DNA of 61,411 bases, filler included, from Chiloscyllium plagiosum (Eukaryota), in assembly GCF_004010195.1 (NCBI RefSeq). It is 4 parts of one record of this genome, joined end to end, with 100 filler letters (N's around TTAATTAATTAA, not from the genome) between each part and the next. Parts side by side here need not be neighbours in the genome. Positions count along the whole stretch, not along the records: positions 19,332 to 49,117 come from NC_057711.1; positions 49,218 to 58,295 come from NC_057711.1; 2 more parts are not named here. One strand, written 5' to 3'. Within the stretch, counting starts at the first letter, position 1. The number at the start of each line of letters is the position of its first letter. The position numbers were made by a program, and so were the translations under genes. Shown piece by piece: positions 37,137 to 49,600 of the stretch. The notes under the pieces were generated by a model. The model was not told the origin of the DNA, searched no databases, and saw nothing but the letters and a program-made list of their open reading frames with translations.

Positions 37137-38574
37137 AGGGTAACTAGGGATGGGCAGCATACTTGGTTTACAAAAGAGTGTAGACACAAATCAGGAGACT
37201 AGAGACCAGTTGGTTTACTGTCTGTTGTGGGAAAACTGTTCAAACCTATTATCAAAGAGATTAAAGCAGGGCACTGAGATAAATGCAAGGTAATCAGGCA
37301 GTTAATGTTATTAGTAAAAGGGAAATCATGCTGAGAAGTTCTTCGACCAAGTAATATGTGCTGTGGATAACCCACTCAATGCACGGTACTTTGGATGTCT
37401 TTAAGGTAATGTACCACATCAGAAGTTGATGCAGAAACTACAGACTCAAGAGGTAACATATTGGCATAGGTAGAATTTTGGATCGTGAACAGAATAAAAA
37501 GAGTAGGCATAAGTGGATATGATGCTTGTTAGCAAGATGTAATAAGTGCTATGCACTCACATTCATATGCATGGCTCAACTTCTTATAATGTACGGAATT
37601 ATCTTTTAAAAGTTTGATATTCAGTAGTCAAGTTAAAAGGTTAGTAAGATAGCCGACACACCTGACCAATGGACAATTATTGGTTAATCACCTGGAGTCT
37701 GAAGAGATCCTCAATAGGTTTTGATCGCTCTTGAGGCTTAACTGCTGTGAGTCATCTCAACTCATATCAGGTCTGTTTAAGAGATGGTCTGTTGAGAGCA
37801 CATAATCAGTAAGCTTTGCACAGCCAAGAAGAAGAGCTCCAATTCTGAATGAGGCACAGTCCAAATGAGAATATAGTTTGGGGATTTGAAAGGCACCGTG
37901 GGAACTTGGTGTAAGGGGAAGAGACACTTTTTGCTTTGAGGGTCTAACAGAAAACAAAGGGACGTTGCAGGATAGCTGTGAGTTCATTAGTAATAACTGC
38001 TCATAAAATGATAAGTAATAGGTTACTTTTAGATTGGTTAAATCATATTAATATTTACAGGTTACAAACAAAAAGACCTATAGCAAATTTTTAATAACAA
38101 ATTAAGGACTCTGAATAAAATAAGAATGGTTAAGTTCTTTTTTTCTGAGAACCTTACACACTTGATATAACTGCAACACACCAACTTGTGTGAACAAGCA
38201 AAATTTATTAAGCACAGCACAATACAAGCTGTGGAGAAACTCTTAACACTCTTCGCCATGCTTGTGAAATATGTCGAAAGGTCTCTCTGAACAAGGAAAC
38301 AGTTCTTCCTTTATACAAAAACTTTACAACAGTCAGTAATGTCCACAAGACAGCCCCGAGCCACTCCCTCACAGTCACATGCCACTCAAGACTCAGTGCA
38401 GTGACCACCTCACCTCTACAAACAATGTCATGCAAATCATCCTTCAATGGCCACATCTGATGTGAGTTTTGTTTTTGTAACTATAGGGGAGGAGTCAAAT
38501 TCCAACTCTAATGTTCTTATTGATTTCTGAATAGGGGATGATGATGCAAATGACTCTGAATGGCAAGGGAATGG

Positions 38575-38793
38575 GTGAGGTCTGCAGATTCTGGAGCTCA
38601 GAGTCGAGAGTGTGATGCTGGAAAATCACAGCAGGTCAGGCAGCATCCAAGGAGCAGGAGAATCTATGTTTCGGGCCGGAGCCATTCATCAGGAAACATG
38701 TCTGATGAAGGGCTCCTGCTCGAAATGTTGATTCTCCTGCTTCTCTGATGCTGCCTGACCTGCTGTGCTTTTCCAGCACCACACTCTCAACAC
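38575..38793. mobile_element. Palindromic PLE-derived insert with two partly decayed hammerhead cores
   Basis: Perfect 15-bp duplication ATGGCAAGGGAATGG (38560-38574, 38794-38808). CTGATGAAGGGCTCCTGCTCGAAA at 38702 and an inverted copy at ~38666-38692. Confidence 0.85.
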
Positions 38794-39063
38794 ATGGCAA
38801 GGGAATGGCCATGTAAATAGCTGTGAATAACAGATGATAATGTAATTTTCTTACAACATATCTATAAGTCAGAGGCATTCCACCCTAGCCTCAGGACATC
38901 CAATTTCCTGCAAGTCAGCAGAGCAAGTTAACTCTTTAATATCACAGATGGAAGGTCAGGTGATGTGTTGTACCTGCATGGTGTGGGAGCTGCTCGACTC
39001 TATTGTGCTTCATAGTCATCACGTCTATCGTAAGTGTTAGTTGTTTGAGGAAGTCTGGCTCAG

Positions 39064-39382
39064 AGATTAGATTAGATTACTTTACAGTGTGGAAACAGGC
39101 CCTTCGGCCCAACAAGTCCACACCGACCCGCCGAAGGGCAACCCACCCAGACCTATTCCCCTACATTTAGTCCTGCACCTAACACTACGGGCAATTTAGC
39201 ATGGCCAATTCACCTGACCTGCACATCTTTGGAGTGTGGGAGGAAACCGGAGCACCCGGAGGAAACCCACGCAGACACGGGGAGAATGTGCAAACTCCAC
39301 ACAGTCGCCTGAGGCGGGAATTGAACCCGGGTCTCTGGCGCTGTGAGGCAGCAGTGCTAACCACTGTGCCACCGTGTCGCCC
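39064..39382 (-). mobile_element. Full-length HE1-like tRNA-derived V-SINE
   Basis: The - strand head reads GGGCGACACGGTGGCACAGTGGTTAGCACTGCTGCCTCACAGC, with B box GGTTCAATTCC, a CR1-like 3' part and an (AATCT)n tail. Confidence 0.9.
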
Positions 39383-40299
39383 ACAAAGCTTTGAATATTT
39401 GACACATACAGGAGAGAGTAACCTGGCCGGTGTGTTTCATGAGGTGGTGTCACCCCTTAGATTAACTAATTTGAATTTGGTTAGTAGTCTGGGACAGGAG
39501 GGTGTGACTGCCAGTGAGGCAGGTAGAAGGGTCCTGGAAGCAGTATTGAGCAGTTTGGGATTCTTGCTGCCTGTGTGGGTATGATTGGGAGCTGTCAGGT
39601 AGATGAGCAAACTGACCATAGAAACGTGGTACAGGGAACCATTCAAGAGGGAAGAGAAATGTAGTTGTAACTGGGACAGTGTACTGAGGGGAATGAAAAC
39701 TGTTCTCTGAGACCAGGATCAAGAGTCCTGAAGGCTGTGTTCAGGACTCATCTGGGTTGCAGATGGGAGGCAAAAGATCCAGTTGTTCTCGTCCATATCG
39801 GTACCAGTAATATGGATCAGAAGTTCTGCTAAGAGAAGCAGCTTTAATTTTTAAAAAATTCATTCATGGGATGTGGATGTTGCTGGCTGGCGAGCATTTC
39901 ATGACCTTGCTTAATTGCCCTTGAGAAGGTGGTGTGCTGCCTTCTTGCGTTGCTGCAGGCCACATGCTGTGGGTTGATCCACAATGCCCTGAGGAAGGCA
40001 ATTCCAGGACTTTGACCCAGTAACAGTGAAGGGACGAAGATGCATTTGCAAGTTAGGATGGTAAGTGGCTTGGACGGGAACTTGCAGTTGGTGGTGTTCC
40101 CCTCTACCTGCTGCCCTCATCCTCCTGGATGGAAATGGTCGTGGGTTTGGAAGGCACCATCTAAGGACCTTCAGTGAATTTCTATGTTGCATCTTGTAGA
40201 CACTACTCACCGCTGTCTTATTAATAAGAAATGAAATGAAATCGATAGCAAGAAGAGATATAGGGGCAGAGGCATGGAATCAGGACAAGTAGAGTTGAA

Positions 40300-42990
40300 A
40301 CTTTAAACTAGTTTGGCAGGGGGATGGGAACCTAAGGGGAGGCTGAGTTAGCTGCAGTGGATGAGGGCTTCAGGGAAAAGCAAATCAAGATAGTAAATAA
40401 CAAGCAAGAAGCAGATGAGTGGAAATCAGGTAGTGACAGAAAAAGACTGTTTAAAAACAATGGTCTTCTGGTGGAGGGGTTAGGATTCCAAAAGAAGGGC
40501 ACTTCATCTGAATGCGTGTAGCATTTGAAACAAGGTAAATGAATTGATGGTGCAAATCACTGTGCATGGGTATTATTTAATGGCCATTACAGACACATGG
40601 TTGCAGGGTGGCCACCACTGGGTGTTAAATACCCAGAGGTATCAGTCTATTTAGTAGGACAGTAGAAAGCGAGGACTGCAGATGCTGGAGATCAGAGCTG
40701 AGCGTGGTCAGACAACATCTGAGGAACAGGAGGATCGACATTTCAGGCATAAGCCCTTCATCGGGAATGAGGCTTGTGGGCCGAAGGGGGAAGGTAGCTA
40801 AAAATGTAATAGGTCAGTGAAGGTCACAGAGAAGGTGGTAGGTCGGAGAGGAGGGTGGAGCAGATTTCAACAGTTTCCTCAAGTCTCCAACTCGGCACTG
40901 CCCTCCTGACCTGTCCATCACCATTCCCATCCATCCACTCCACCCCCCACTCTGACCTATCACCTCCTCCCTTACCTTCATCTTGTAGACACTACTCACC
41001 GCTGTCTTATTAATAAGAAATGAAATGAAATTGATAGCAAGAAGAGATATAGGGGCAGAGGCATGGAATCAGGACAAGTTGAGTTGAAACTTTAAACTAT
41101 TGCATTCTCAGATACCTTCCTCCTCACCCCACCCCCTTCCCATTTATCTCTCAGCATTCCCGGCCCACCAGCCTCATTCCTGATGAAGGGCTTATGGCCG
41201 AAACGTTGATTCTCCTGCTCCTCAGATGCTGCCTGACTGGCTGTGCTTTTCCAGCACCACACTCTAGACTATTTAGAAGGACAGACAGGAAGGAAAGGGA
41301 GGTGGTGAAGCTCTGATATTTAAGGGAGACATCAGGGTATTAGTGAGAGATGATCGAGGTTCCCTGAAGAAAAAGATTGAATCAGTGTGAGTGAAAATTA
41401 GTGATAGTAAGGGTGAAAAGTTACTGACAAGTGTAGTCTACAGGTTACCAAATAATAACATCACGGTGGGGTGTGCAAAAAAAGCAAATAACTGATGGAT
41501 GTAAAAATGGTACAGCAGTTATGTTGGGGGAGTTTAATCACACATTGATTGGTCAAACCAAGTCTGCCAAGGTGACCTTGAGTTCATAGAATTGTATCCA
41601 AGATAGTTTCTTCCAACAATATGTCATGGAACCGATGAGGGAGCAAGCTATTCTCGATCTGGTTCTGTGCGATGTAACAGGAATAATTAATGATTCTCAT
41701 AGTTAGGGGTCCTCAGAAGGAGTGGTCACAGAATGGTTGAATTTAGAATACAGTTGGAAGGTGAGAAGTTAAAATCCAATACCAGGGTCCTGTGCTTAAA
41801 ACAAGGGAGAATACAACAGGATGAGGAAGGATTTGGCTAATGTAGACTGGAACCAAATTAACAATTGTGGAGGACTTTCAAAGTCATTTTTCACAGTGCT
41901 GAGCAGAAGTATATACCAATGAGAAGGAAGGACAGCAGGAAAAGGGATCATGAGCCACGGATGAATAAGGAAAGACAGGAAATAAATTATCAAATTGAAA
42001 GCAAATGCATACAGAGTGGTGAAGACTAGTGGGAAATTAGAGGATTGGGAAAGCTTTAAAGATCAACAGAAAGCCATGATAAAAGCAATAAAGGTAAGAT
42101 AGATTATGAAAGTAAACTAGCTCAGGCTATTAAAACAAAAGTTTTTCCAAATATATAAAATGAAAAAGAGTAGCTTAGGTAATAGGTCCTTCAGAGGATG
42201 TGAAGGGGCATTTAAGAGTGGGAAATGAGGAAATAGCCCATGTAGTGAATAGGTATTTTGTGTTGGTCTTCACAGTGAAGGGGACGCAAATAATGCTGCA
42301 GTAATTGAAAGGGAGGCTATAATGCGTGAAGATCTAGAAGCTGTCATTACCATGAAAGAGGTATTATTGGACAAGCCTGTGGGGCCAAAGATAGGCAGGT
42401 TTCCTAGCCCTGATGGAATAGGGTAGGGTACTAAAAGAGATAGTGGGAGAAATAGCAAGTGCACTTGTGGTAATTTACCAAAACCTCTGGATTCCTGGGC
42501 AGTTCCAGCAGATTGGAAAACAGCAAATGTGACATCAATGTTTAAAAAGGAGGCAGACAAAAGATGGGTAACTGTAAGCCTGTTAGCTGAACTTCTGTAG
42601 TGGGGAAAATGCTTGAATCTGTCTTCAAGGAAGAAATAGCGAGACATATGGATAGAAATTGTCCCATTGGGCAGAGGCAGTATGGTTTCCTGAAAGGCAG
42701 GTCACGTTTAATTAATTTACAGGAATTCTTTGCAGACATTATGAGCTCGATGGACAATGGGGAACTGTTTGGTATGGTTTATCTGGATTTACAGAAGGCA
42801 TTCAACAAGTTGCTGCATAAGATAAAGGTGCATCGCGTTATGGGCAACGTATTAGCATGGATAGGGGATTGGCTTGCTAACAGAAAACAAAGAGTGGGGA
42901 TAAATGGGTGTTTTTCTGGTTAGCAATCAGTGACGAGTGGTGTGCCTCATGGATCAATGTTGGGACTGCAATTGTTTACAATTTACATAA
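40300..42990 (+). mobile_element. Highly decayed CR1 ORF2 (EN to RT)
   Basis: Remnants of LHLNA.SI, AITDTW, DWKTANVTSMFKK, VVGKMLES and YLDLQKAF. Confidence 0.8.
40663..41268. mobile_element. Long inverted PLE-terminus insert with hammerhead core at 41180-41207 and a 121-bp captured local segment
   Basis: Duplication CTATTTAG(T/A)AGGACAG at 40647-40662 and 41269-41284. Core CTGATGAAGGGCTTATGGCCGAAACGTT. Confidence 0.8.
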
Positions 42991-43548
42991 GAGTCATGGA
43001 GATGTACAATGCAGAAGCGGACCTTTCGGTATAACCAACCAGAAATCCCAACCCAATCTAGTCCCATTTACCAGTACTTGGCCCATGTCCCTCCAAACCC
43101 TCCCTATTCATATACCCATCCAGACGTTTTTTTAAATGCTGTAATTCCTCTGGCAGCTCATTACATTCACACACAACTCTTTGTGTGAAAAATTGCCCCT
43201 TAGGTCCTTTTTAAATCTTTCCCCTTTCACTCTAAACCTGTTCCTCCAGGTCTGCATTACCCACCCTAGGGAAAAGACCTTGTCTATTTACCCTATCCAT
43301 GCCCCTAATTGTTTTTTAACTTCTTTAAGGTCACCCCTCAGTCTCCGACGCTCCAGGGAAAACAGCCCCAGCCTGTTCAGCCTCTCCCTATAGCTCAGAT
43401 CCTCCAACCCTGGCAACATCCTTGTAAATCTTTTCTGAACCCTTTCAAGTTTCACAACATCTTTCCGAGAGGAAGGAGACCAGAATTGCACGCAATATTA
43501 CAAAAGTGGCCTAACAAACATTCTGTGCAGCCGCAACATGATCTCCCA
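42990..43548 (-). mobile_element. CR1 3' fragment nested in older CR1
   Basis: ORF 43288-43491 reads [29 protein letters not shown]. Confidence 0.85.
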
Positions 43549-43887
43549 AGTTTGGGACGAAGTACAGTGCATCAAAGTTTGCAGATGATACTAACGTGAG
43601 TGGTAGAGCCAAGTGTGCAGAAGCCATTGAAGGTCTTCAGAGGGATATCAATAAGTGAGTGGGCAAAGGTCTGACAGATGGAGTACAATGTTGGTAAATG
43701 TGTTTTCATCCATTTTGGTAGGGATAACCACAAAATAGATTGGTTGTAGATGCAGTAGGAAATAAAGAAGGCAAATGGAATATGGTCCTTCATTGCTAAA
43801 GGGATGGAGTTTAAAAGCAGGGAAGATCATGTCTCACCAAGTTGATTGAGGTGGTGAGAAAGATGATCGAGAGCAGAGGAATGGATG

Positions 43888-44202
43888 TTAGATTAGATTC
43901 CTTACAATGTGAAAACAGGCCCTTCGGCCCAACCAGTCCACACCGACCCTCTGAAGAGTAACCCACCCAGACCCATTTCCCTCTGACTAATGCACCTAAC
44001 GCTTTGGATAATTTAGCATGGCCAATTCACCTGACCAGCACATCTTTGGACTGTGGGAGGAAACCGGAGCACCCAGAGGAAACCCACGCAGACACGGGGA
44101 GAACGTGCAAACTCCACACAGACAGTTGCCTGAGGCTTGAATCGAACCTGGGACCCTGGTGCTGTGAGGCAGCAGTGCTAACCACTGAGCCACCGTACCG
44201 CC
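43888..44202 (-). mobile_element. Full-length HE1-like V-SINE
   Basis: Closely similar to 39064-39382, with A/B boxes and (AATCT)n tail. Confidence 0.9.
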
Positions 44203-44354
44203 TCTACTTTAGCAAGAAATTTGACTGGCTAACTTGCAGTGAGCTGGTAAGACGGATCATTCAAAGAAGACAGTAACAGTAGAAGGATGTTTTTCTGATT
44301 GGAGATCTGTGACCAGTGGTATTCTACAGGGACCAGTGGTGGGAGCAAACTACT

Positions 44355-44990
44355 GCACATGCTGGCATCTAGACTGAAAGCAACAAATGCTGGAGATCGC
44401 AGTGGTTCAGGCAGCATCCAAGGAGAGAGAGCAAGCTAACGTTTCGAGTCTAGGTCTTAATCAGAAATGGTTCACAATGTGAAGGTGTTGAACTCAGTAT
44501 TAAGTCCCAGAAGGCTGTAAAGTGCTTGGTCTGAAGATGACTTGTTGTTCCTCCAGTTTATGCTGTTCACTGGAACACTGCAGCTTGCCAAGGACAAATG
44601 TGGCCTGCGAACAGGACGCTGTGTTAAAATGGCTGCAGGAAGGTCAGGGTCCTGCTTGCACACAGACTGGACATGTTATGCAAAGAGGTCACCCAGTCTG
44701 CGTCGGTTTCTGCAATGTAGAGGAGGCCGCGTTGGGTGCAGCACATACAGAAGACAGGATTGGAGGCGGTACAGGTGAAAGGCTGCATCATCTGGAAAGG
44801 CCTGTTTAGACCCTTGGATGATGAGCGGGGAATAGGTGAAGCAGCAGGTGATGCACCTTCTGTGTTTACATGGGAATTTGCCAAGGAGCGGGGGTTGGTG
44901 GTGGTTGTGAAAAGGAGTAGGGTGTTACGGAGGGAACGATCGCTGTGAAATACAGATGGGGGAATGAGGGAAATGGACGGGGATTGTCCC
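44355..44990 (-). mobile_element. PLE GIY-YIG endonuclease region and terminus (decayed)
   Basis: ORF 44624-44884 contains FTCTASNPVFCMCCTQRGLLYIAET, matching the PLE GIY-YIG pattern C.S.N.VY.I.C..C..LYIGET. Confidence 0.75.
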
Positions 44991-45674
44991 GGAGCAAACT
45001 GTGGCTGACAGGGCTGTCGACCACATCCGACTTATTGCCCGTGCTTCTGCCTTTGTCCCTTGCTGTCACTCACAACAGCTTGATTGGTTCCCTTCGTCCT
45101 CACTTTTCATCCCACTAGCATCCGCATTGAACAAACTCCAGCAGAAGGCCCACTACCAATCAGATTTTGACTGAGGTGTGACCTCACAGAGGTGTGTAAC
45201 AGCAGGAGTGGCCTAGATAATGTAGATAGCAAACAGCTTTTCCCCCATGATAGGGGCATCTAAAACTATAGGGCATGGGTTTAAGGTGAGAGGGAGAGAT
45301 ACACAGTAGGGTCCAGAGGGGCAGTTTTGTTTTCAAAGAGAGGGTGGTGACTGTCTGAAATGGGTTACTCGAGGTAGTGTTGGAGAGGGTACGGGAGGAG
45401 GGACTTGGGGGAGGGGCGTCGGAGATGTGATAGGTGGAAAGAGGTCAAGGTGAGGGTGATAGGTCAGACTGGGGTGGGGGCGGAGAGGTCGGGAAGAAGA
45501 TCTCAGGTTAGGAAGGCGGTGCTGAATTTGATGGATTTGACTGAGACAGGGTGGGGGGAGGGGAAATGAGGAAACTGGTGAAATCCGAGCTCTCTTCCTC
45601 TAGATTAATTGTATTAAAATGGGGTCTCGTGGGCAAGTTGGCTGGAAGGACCTGTTTCCATGCTGTCGACCTCT

Positions 45675-47690
45675 ATGACTGGCTACGTCGTGGGAGACAG
45701 AGGATAGTGCTGGAAGGATGCATTTTGGAATGGAGGATTGTGACTGGTGGTGTTCCACAGGGATCAGTGGTTGGACCTCTGCTGTTCATGGTCGACACAA
45801 ATGATTTCGAGGAAAATGACTTGGATGTTTCAGAAATGGCTTGGACGCAGTCATAAGTGGATGGGTTAGTAAGTTTGCAGATGACACTAAGGTCGGTGGA
45901 GTAGTGGACAGGGTGGAAGAATGTTGCAGGCAGTAGGTAGACTTGGATAAACTGCAGAACTGGGCTGAGAGGTGCCAAATGGAGTTCAATGCAACTAAAT
46001 GTGAGATGCTTCACTTTGAGGAGAATAACAGGAAGGTAGAGTACTGGGTCAATGGAAAGATTCTTGGTAGTATGGATGTTCAGAAGGATCTTGGCGTCCA
46101 TGCACATAGATCCCTGAAAGTTGCCACCCAGGTGGATAGTGCTGTTAAGAAGGCATACGGTGTGTTAGGTTTCATTGGTAGAGGGATGGAGTTCCAGAGC
46201 CATGATGTCATGCTGCAACTGTATGAAAACGCTACTGCGGCCTCACTTGGAGTATTGTGTACAGTTCTGGTCGCCCCAATACAGGAAGGATGTGGAAGCA
46301 TTGAAAAAGGTGCAGAGGAGATTTACCAGGATGTTGCCTGGTCTGAAGCAAAAACCTTATGAGGAAAAGCTGAGGGACTTGGGTCTGTTCTGTTCTCATT
46401 GGAAAGAAGAAGGCTAAGAGGCGATTTAATAAAGACGTACAAGATGATCACAGGATTAGATAGGGTGGACAGTGAGAGTCTTTTCCTTGGGATGATGACA
46501 TCTGCTTGTACGAGGGGGCATAACTACAAATTGAGGGGTGAGACATTTAAGACAGATGTCAGAGGCAGGTTCTTTACGCAGAGAGTGGTAAGGGCGTGGA
46601 ATGCCCTACCTGCCAATGTCGTTAACTCAGCCACATTAGGGGCATTTAAACAGTCCTTGGATAAGCCCGTGGATGATGATGGGATGGTGTTGGGGGATGG
46701 GCTTAGATTAGTTCACAGGTCAGCGCAACATCAAAGGCCAAAGGACCTGTTCTGCACTGTATTGATCGATGTAAAACATAACTGGTCTAATTAGTAAATT
46801 TGCGTAAGATACAAAGATTGGTGGAGTTGCGGATAGCGTGGAGGATTGTCAAAGGACACAGTGGAATACAGATCAGTTACAGATACAGAGCATAGGCAGA
46901 AAAATGGCAGATGGAGTTTAATCTGGATAGATGTGAGGTGATGCATTTTGGAATGTCAAGTACAGATGGAAATTACACAGTGAATGGCAGAACCTTTCGG
47001 AGTGTTGATATGAAGAGGGATCTGGGTGTGTAGGTCCACAGATCCCTCTTCATGTCAACAGATCAGTGAAGGTGGCATCACCGGTAGATAAGGTCATAAA
47101 AAAGGCTGATGACATGCTTGCCTTCATTGGAAGGAGCATTAAGTATAAGGATAGCAAGTTATGCTGCAGCTTTACAGAACTTTAGTGAGGCCACACTTGA
47201 AATATTGCATTCAGTTCTGGTCACCACATTACAGGAATGATACGGATGCTTTTGTGAGTGTACAGAAAAGGTTTACCAGGATATTGCCTGGTTTGGGGGA
47301 TTTTAGCTCTTGAGTAAGGTTGGATAGACTGGGTTTGTTTTCACTAAAATGCAGGATGTTGAGGGGTGACCTAATGGAAGTGGATAAGATTGTGAATGGC
47401 ATGGATATAGTGACAAGCATGAGGCTTTTTCCCAGGGTGGAGGGGTCAGTTTCTAAGGGACACAGGTTCAAGGTGCGTTGGGGGGGGAAGTTTAAAAGAG
47501 ATGTGCAAGACAAGTCTTTCACACAAAGGGTGGTGTGTACCTGGGACGCACTACCCGATGAAGTGGGAGCAGACACAATCACAACATTCAAGAAGCTCTT
47601 GGACGAATACATGAATAGGAAGGGAGTAGAGAGATAAACATCCTGTAAGTGAAGGCAGTTAGAGTATGGAAAAGCAAAATGTAGCTCTGC
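45675..47690 (+). mobile_element. Two CR1 RT/3' fragments
   Basis: [33 protein letters not shown]. The first copy closely resembles 36350-37136. Confidence 0.88.
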
Positions 47691-48254
47691 CATTCATCAC
47701 GATCCTGGCTGAGTGACCAACTCAATAGCCTAATTCTGCAATCTCCTCATAAGCTTTGGTCCCATTTGCCCCAAATGCTCTATCTAGCCGCCCCTTGAAT
47801 ATATTCAATGTTTTGGCATCAACTGCTTCCTGCAGCAATGAATTCCACAGGCTCACCGCTCTTTGAGTGAAGAAATGTCTCCTCGTGTCTGTCCTAAATG
47901 ATCCACCCCAAATCCTCAGACTGTGACCCCTGATTCTTGCGGACCATCAGGGAACCCCCCACACCTCCACCGCTGCTGCCGCAGGTAAATTTTTGAGATT
48001 CCCCCTCATTCATTTGAACCCCAGCAAAAACAATCCTAACCTCATTAATCTCTCCTCATGCATTCGTCCCACAGTCCCGGATTCAACCTGGTAAATCTTC
48101 ACTGCGCTCCCTCAAGAGCAACAGTATCTTTCCTTTGAAAAGGAGACCAAAACTGGGCAAAATATTCTAGGTGTGGGTTCTCCAAGGCCCTGTGTATTTG
48201 CAAAAACACATCCCTGCTCCTGTACTTGAAACCTGTCACAGTGAAGGCCAACAT

Positions 48255-49600
48255 TTCAGTAAAGCGTTTGATCAGGTTCCCCATGCTAGGCTCGTGCAGA
48301 AACTATGGAGGTGTGGGATTGAGGGTGATTTAGTGGTTTGGAACAGAAATTAACTTGCTGTAAGAAGACAGAGGTTGGTGGTTAATGGGAAATGTTCATC
48401 CAGGAGTTCAGTTAGTGGTGGTGTAGTGCAAGGATCTGTTTTGTGGCCACTGCTGTTTGTCATTTTATAAATGACCTGAACAAGAGCATAGAAGGCTGGG
48501 TTAGTAAATTTGTGGATGACACTGAGGTTGGTAGAGTTGTAGATAATGAGGAAAGATGGTGCAGATTACAGAGGGACAGAGATAAGCTGCAGAGCTGGGC
48601 TGAGAGGCGGCAAATGGAGTTTAATGTGGAAAAGTGTGAGGTGATTCATTTTGGAAGGAGCAACAGGGATGAAGAGTACTGGGTTAATGGTGAGATTCTT
48701 GTTAGTGTGGGAGGGACTGATGTATGAGGAAAGATTGATGAGGCTAGGATTGTTTTTGCTGGGGTTCAAACAAATAAGGGGTTCTCAAAAACCTATTAAA
48801 TTCTAACAGGACTCGACAGGTTACCTTGTGGCAGTGGTGTGATGGAGGGATGGGGAGGGACGCAGTTGGGTGGTTCCCGATGGTCTGCAAGAGCTAGGGG
48901 TCACATAGAACATAGAAGAATACAGCGCAGTACAGGCCCTTCCGTCCTCGATGTTGCGCCGATCCAAGCCCACCTAACCTACACTAGCCCACTATCCTCC
49001 ATATGCCTATCCAATGCCCGCTTAAATGCCCATAATGAGGGAAAGTCCACCACTGCTACTGGCAGGGCATTGCATGAACTCACGACTCGCTGAGTAAAGA
49101 ACCTACCCCTAACATCTNNNNNNNNNNNNNNNNNNNNNNNNNNNNNNNNNNNNNNNNNNNNTTAATTAATTAANNNNNNNNNNNNNNNNNNNNNNNNNNN
49201 NNNNNNNNNNNNNNNNNAATAGAAACTTGCAAGATAATACATGGCTTGGAGAGGGTGGACGCTAGGAAATTGTTTCCGTTAGGCGAGGAGACTAGGACCC
49301 GTGGACACAGCCTTAGAATTAGAGGGGGTAAATTCAGAAACAAAATGCGGAGACATTTCTTCAGCCAGAGAGTGTTGGGCCTGTGGAATTCATTGCCACA
49401 GAGTGCAGTGGAGGCTGGGACGGTAAATGTCTTCAATGCAGAAATTGATAAATTCTTGATGTCAGAAGGAATTATGGGCTACGAGGAGAATGCGGGTAAG
49501 TGGAGTTGAAATGCTCATCAGCCATGATTGAATGGCGGAGTGGACCCGATGGGCCGAATGGCCTTACTTCCGCTCCTATATCTTATGATCTTATGGTCTT
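48255..49600. mobile_element. CR1 fragments in mixed orientation around an artificial gap
   Basis: RT motifs at 48255-48720 (+). CR1 3' end (-) at 48903-49117 near-identical to 18831-19045. CR1 3' end (+) at 49218-49600. Confidence 0.8.

Noticed and set aside
37620..38520. Possible additional LTR-like segments (also ~28950-29530 and ~2210-2850)
   Set aside because: Non-CR1 sequence, but I could not fix TG...CA ends with TSDs, so these are left uncalled.
39300..39382. tRNA gene (A and B boxes)
   Set aside because: No complete cloverleaf is evident. It is the head of a SINE repeated at 30195 and 43888.
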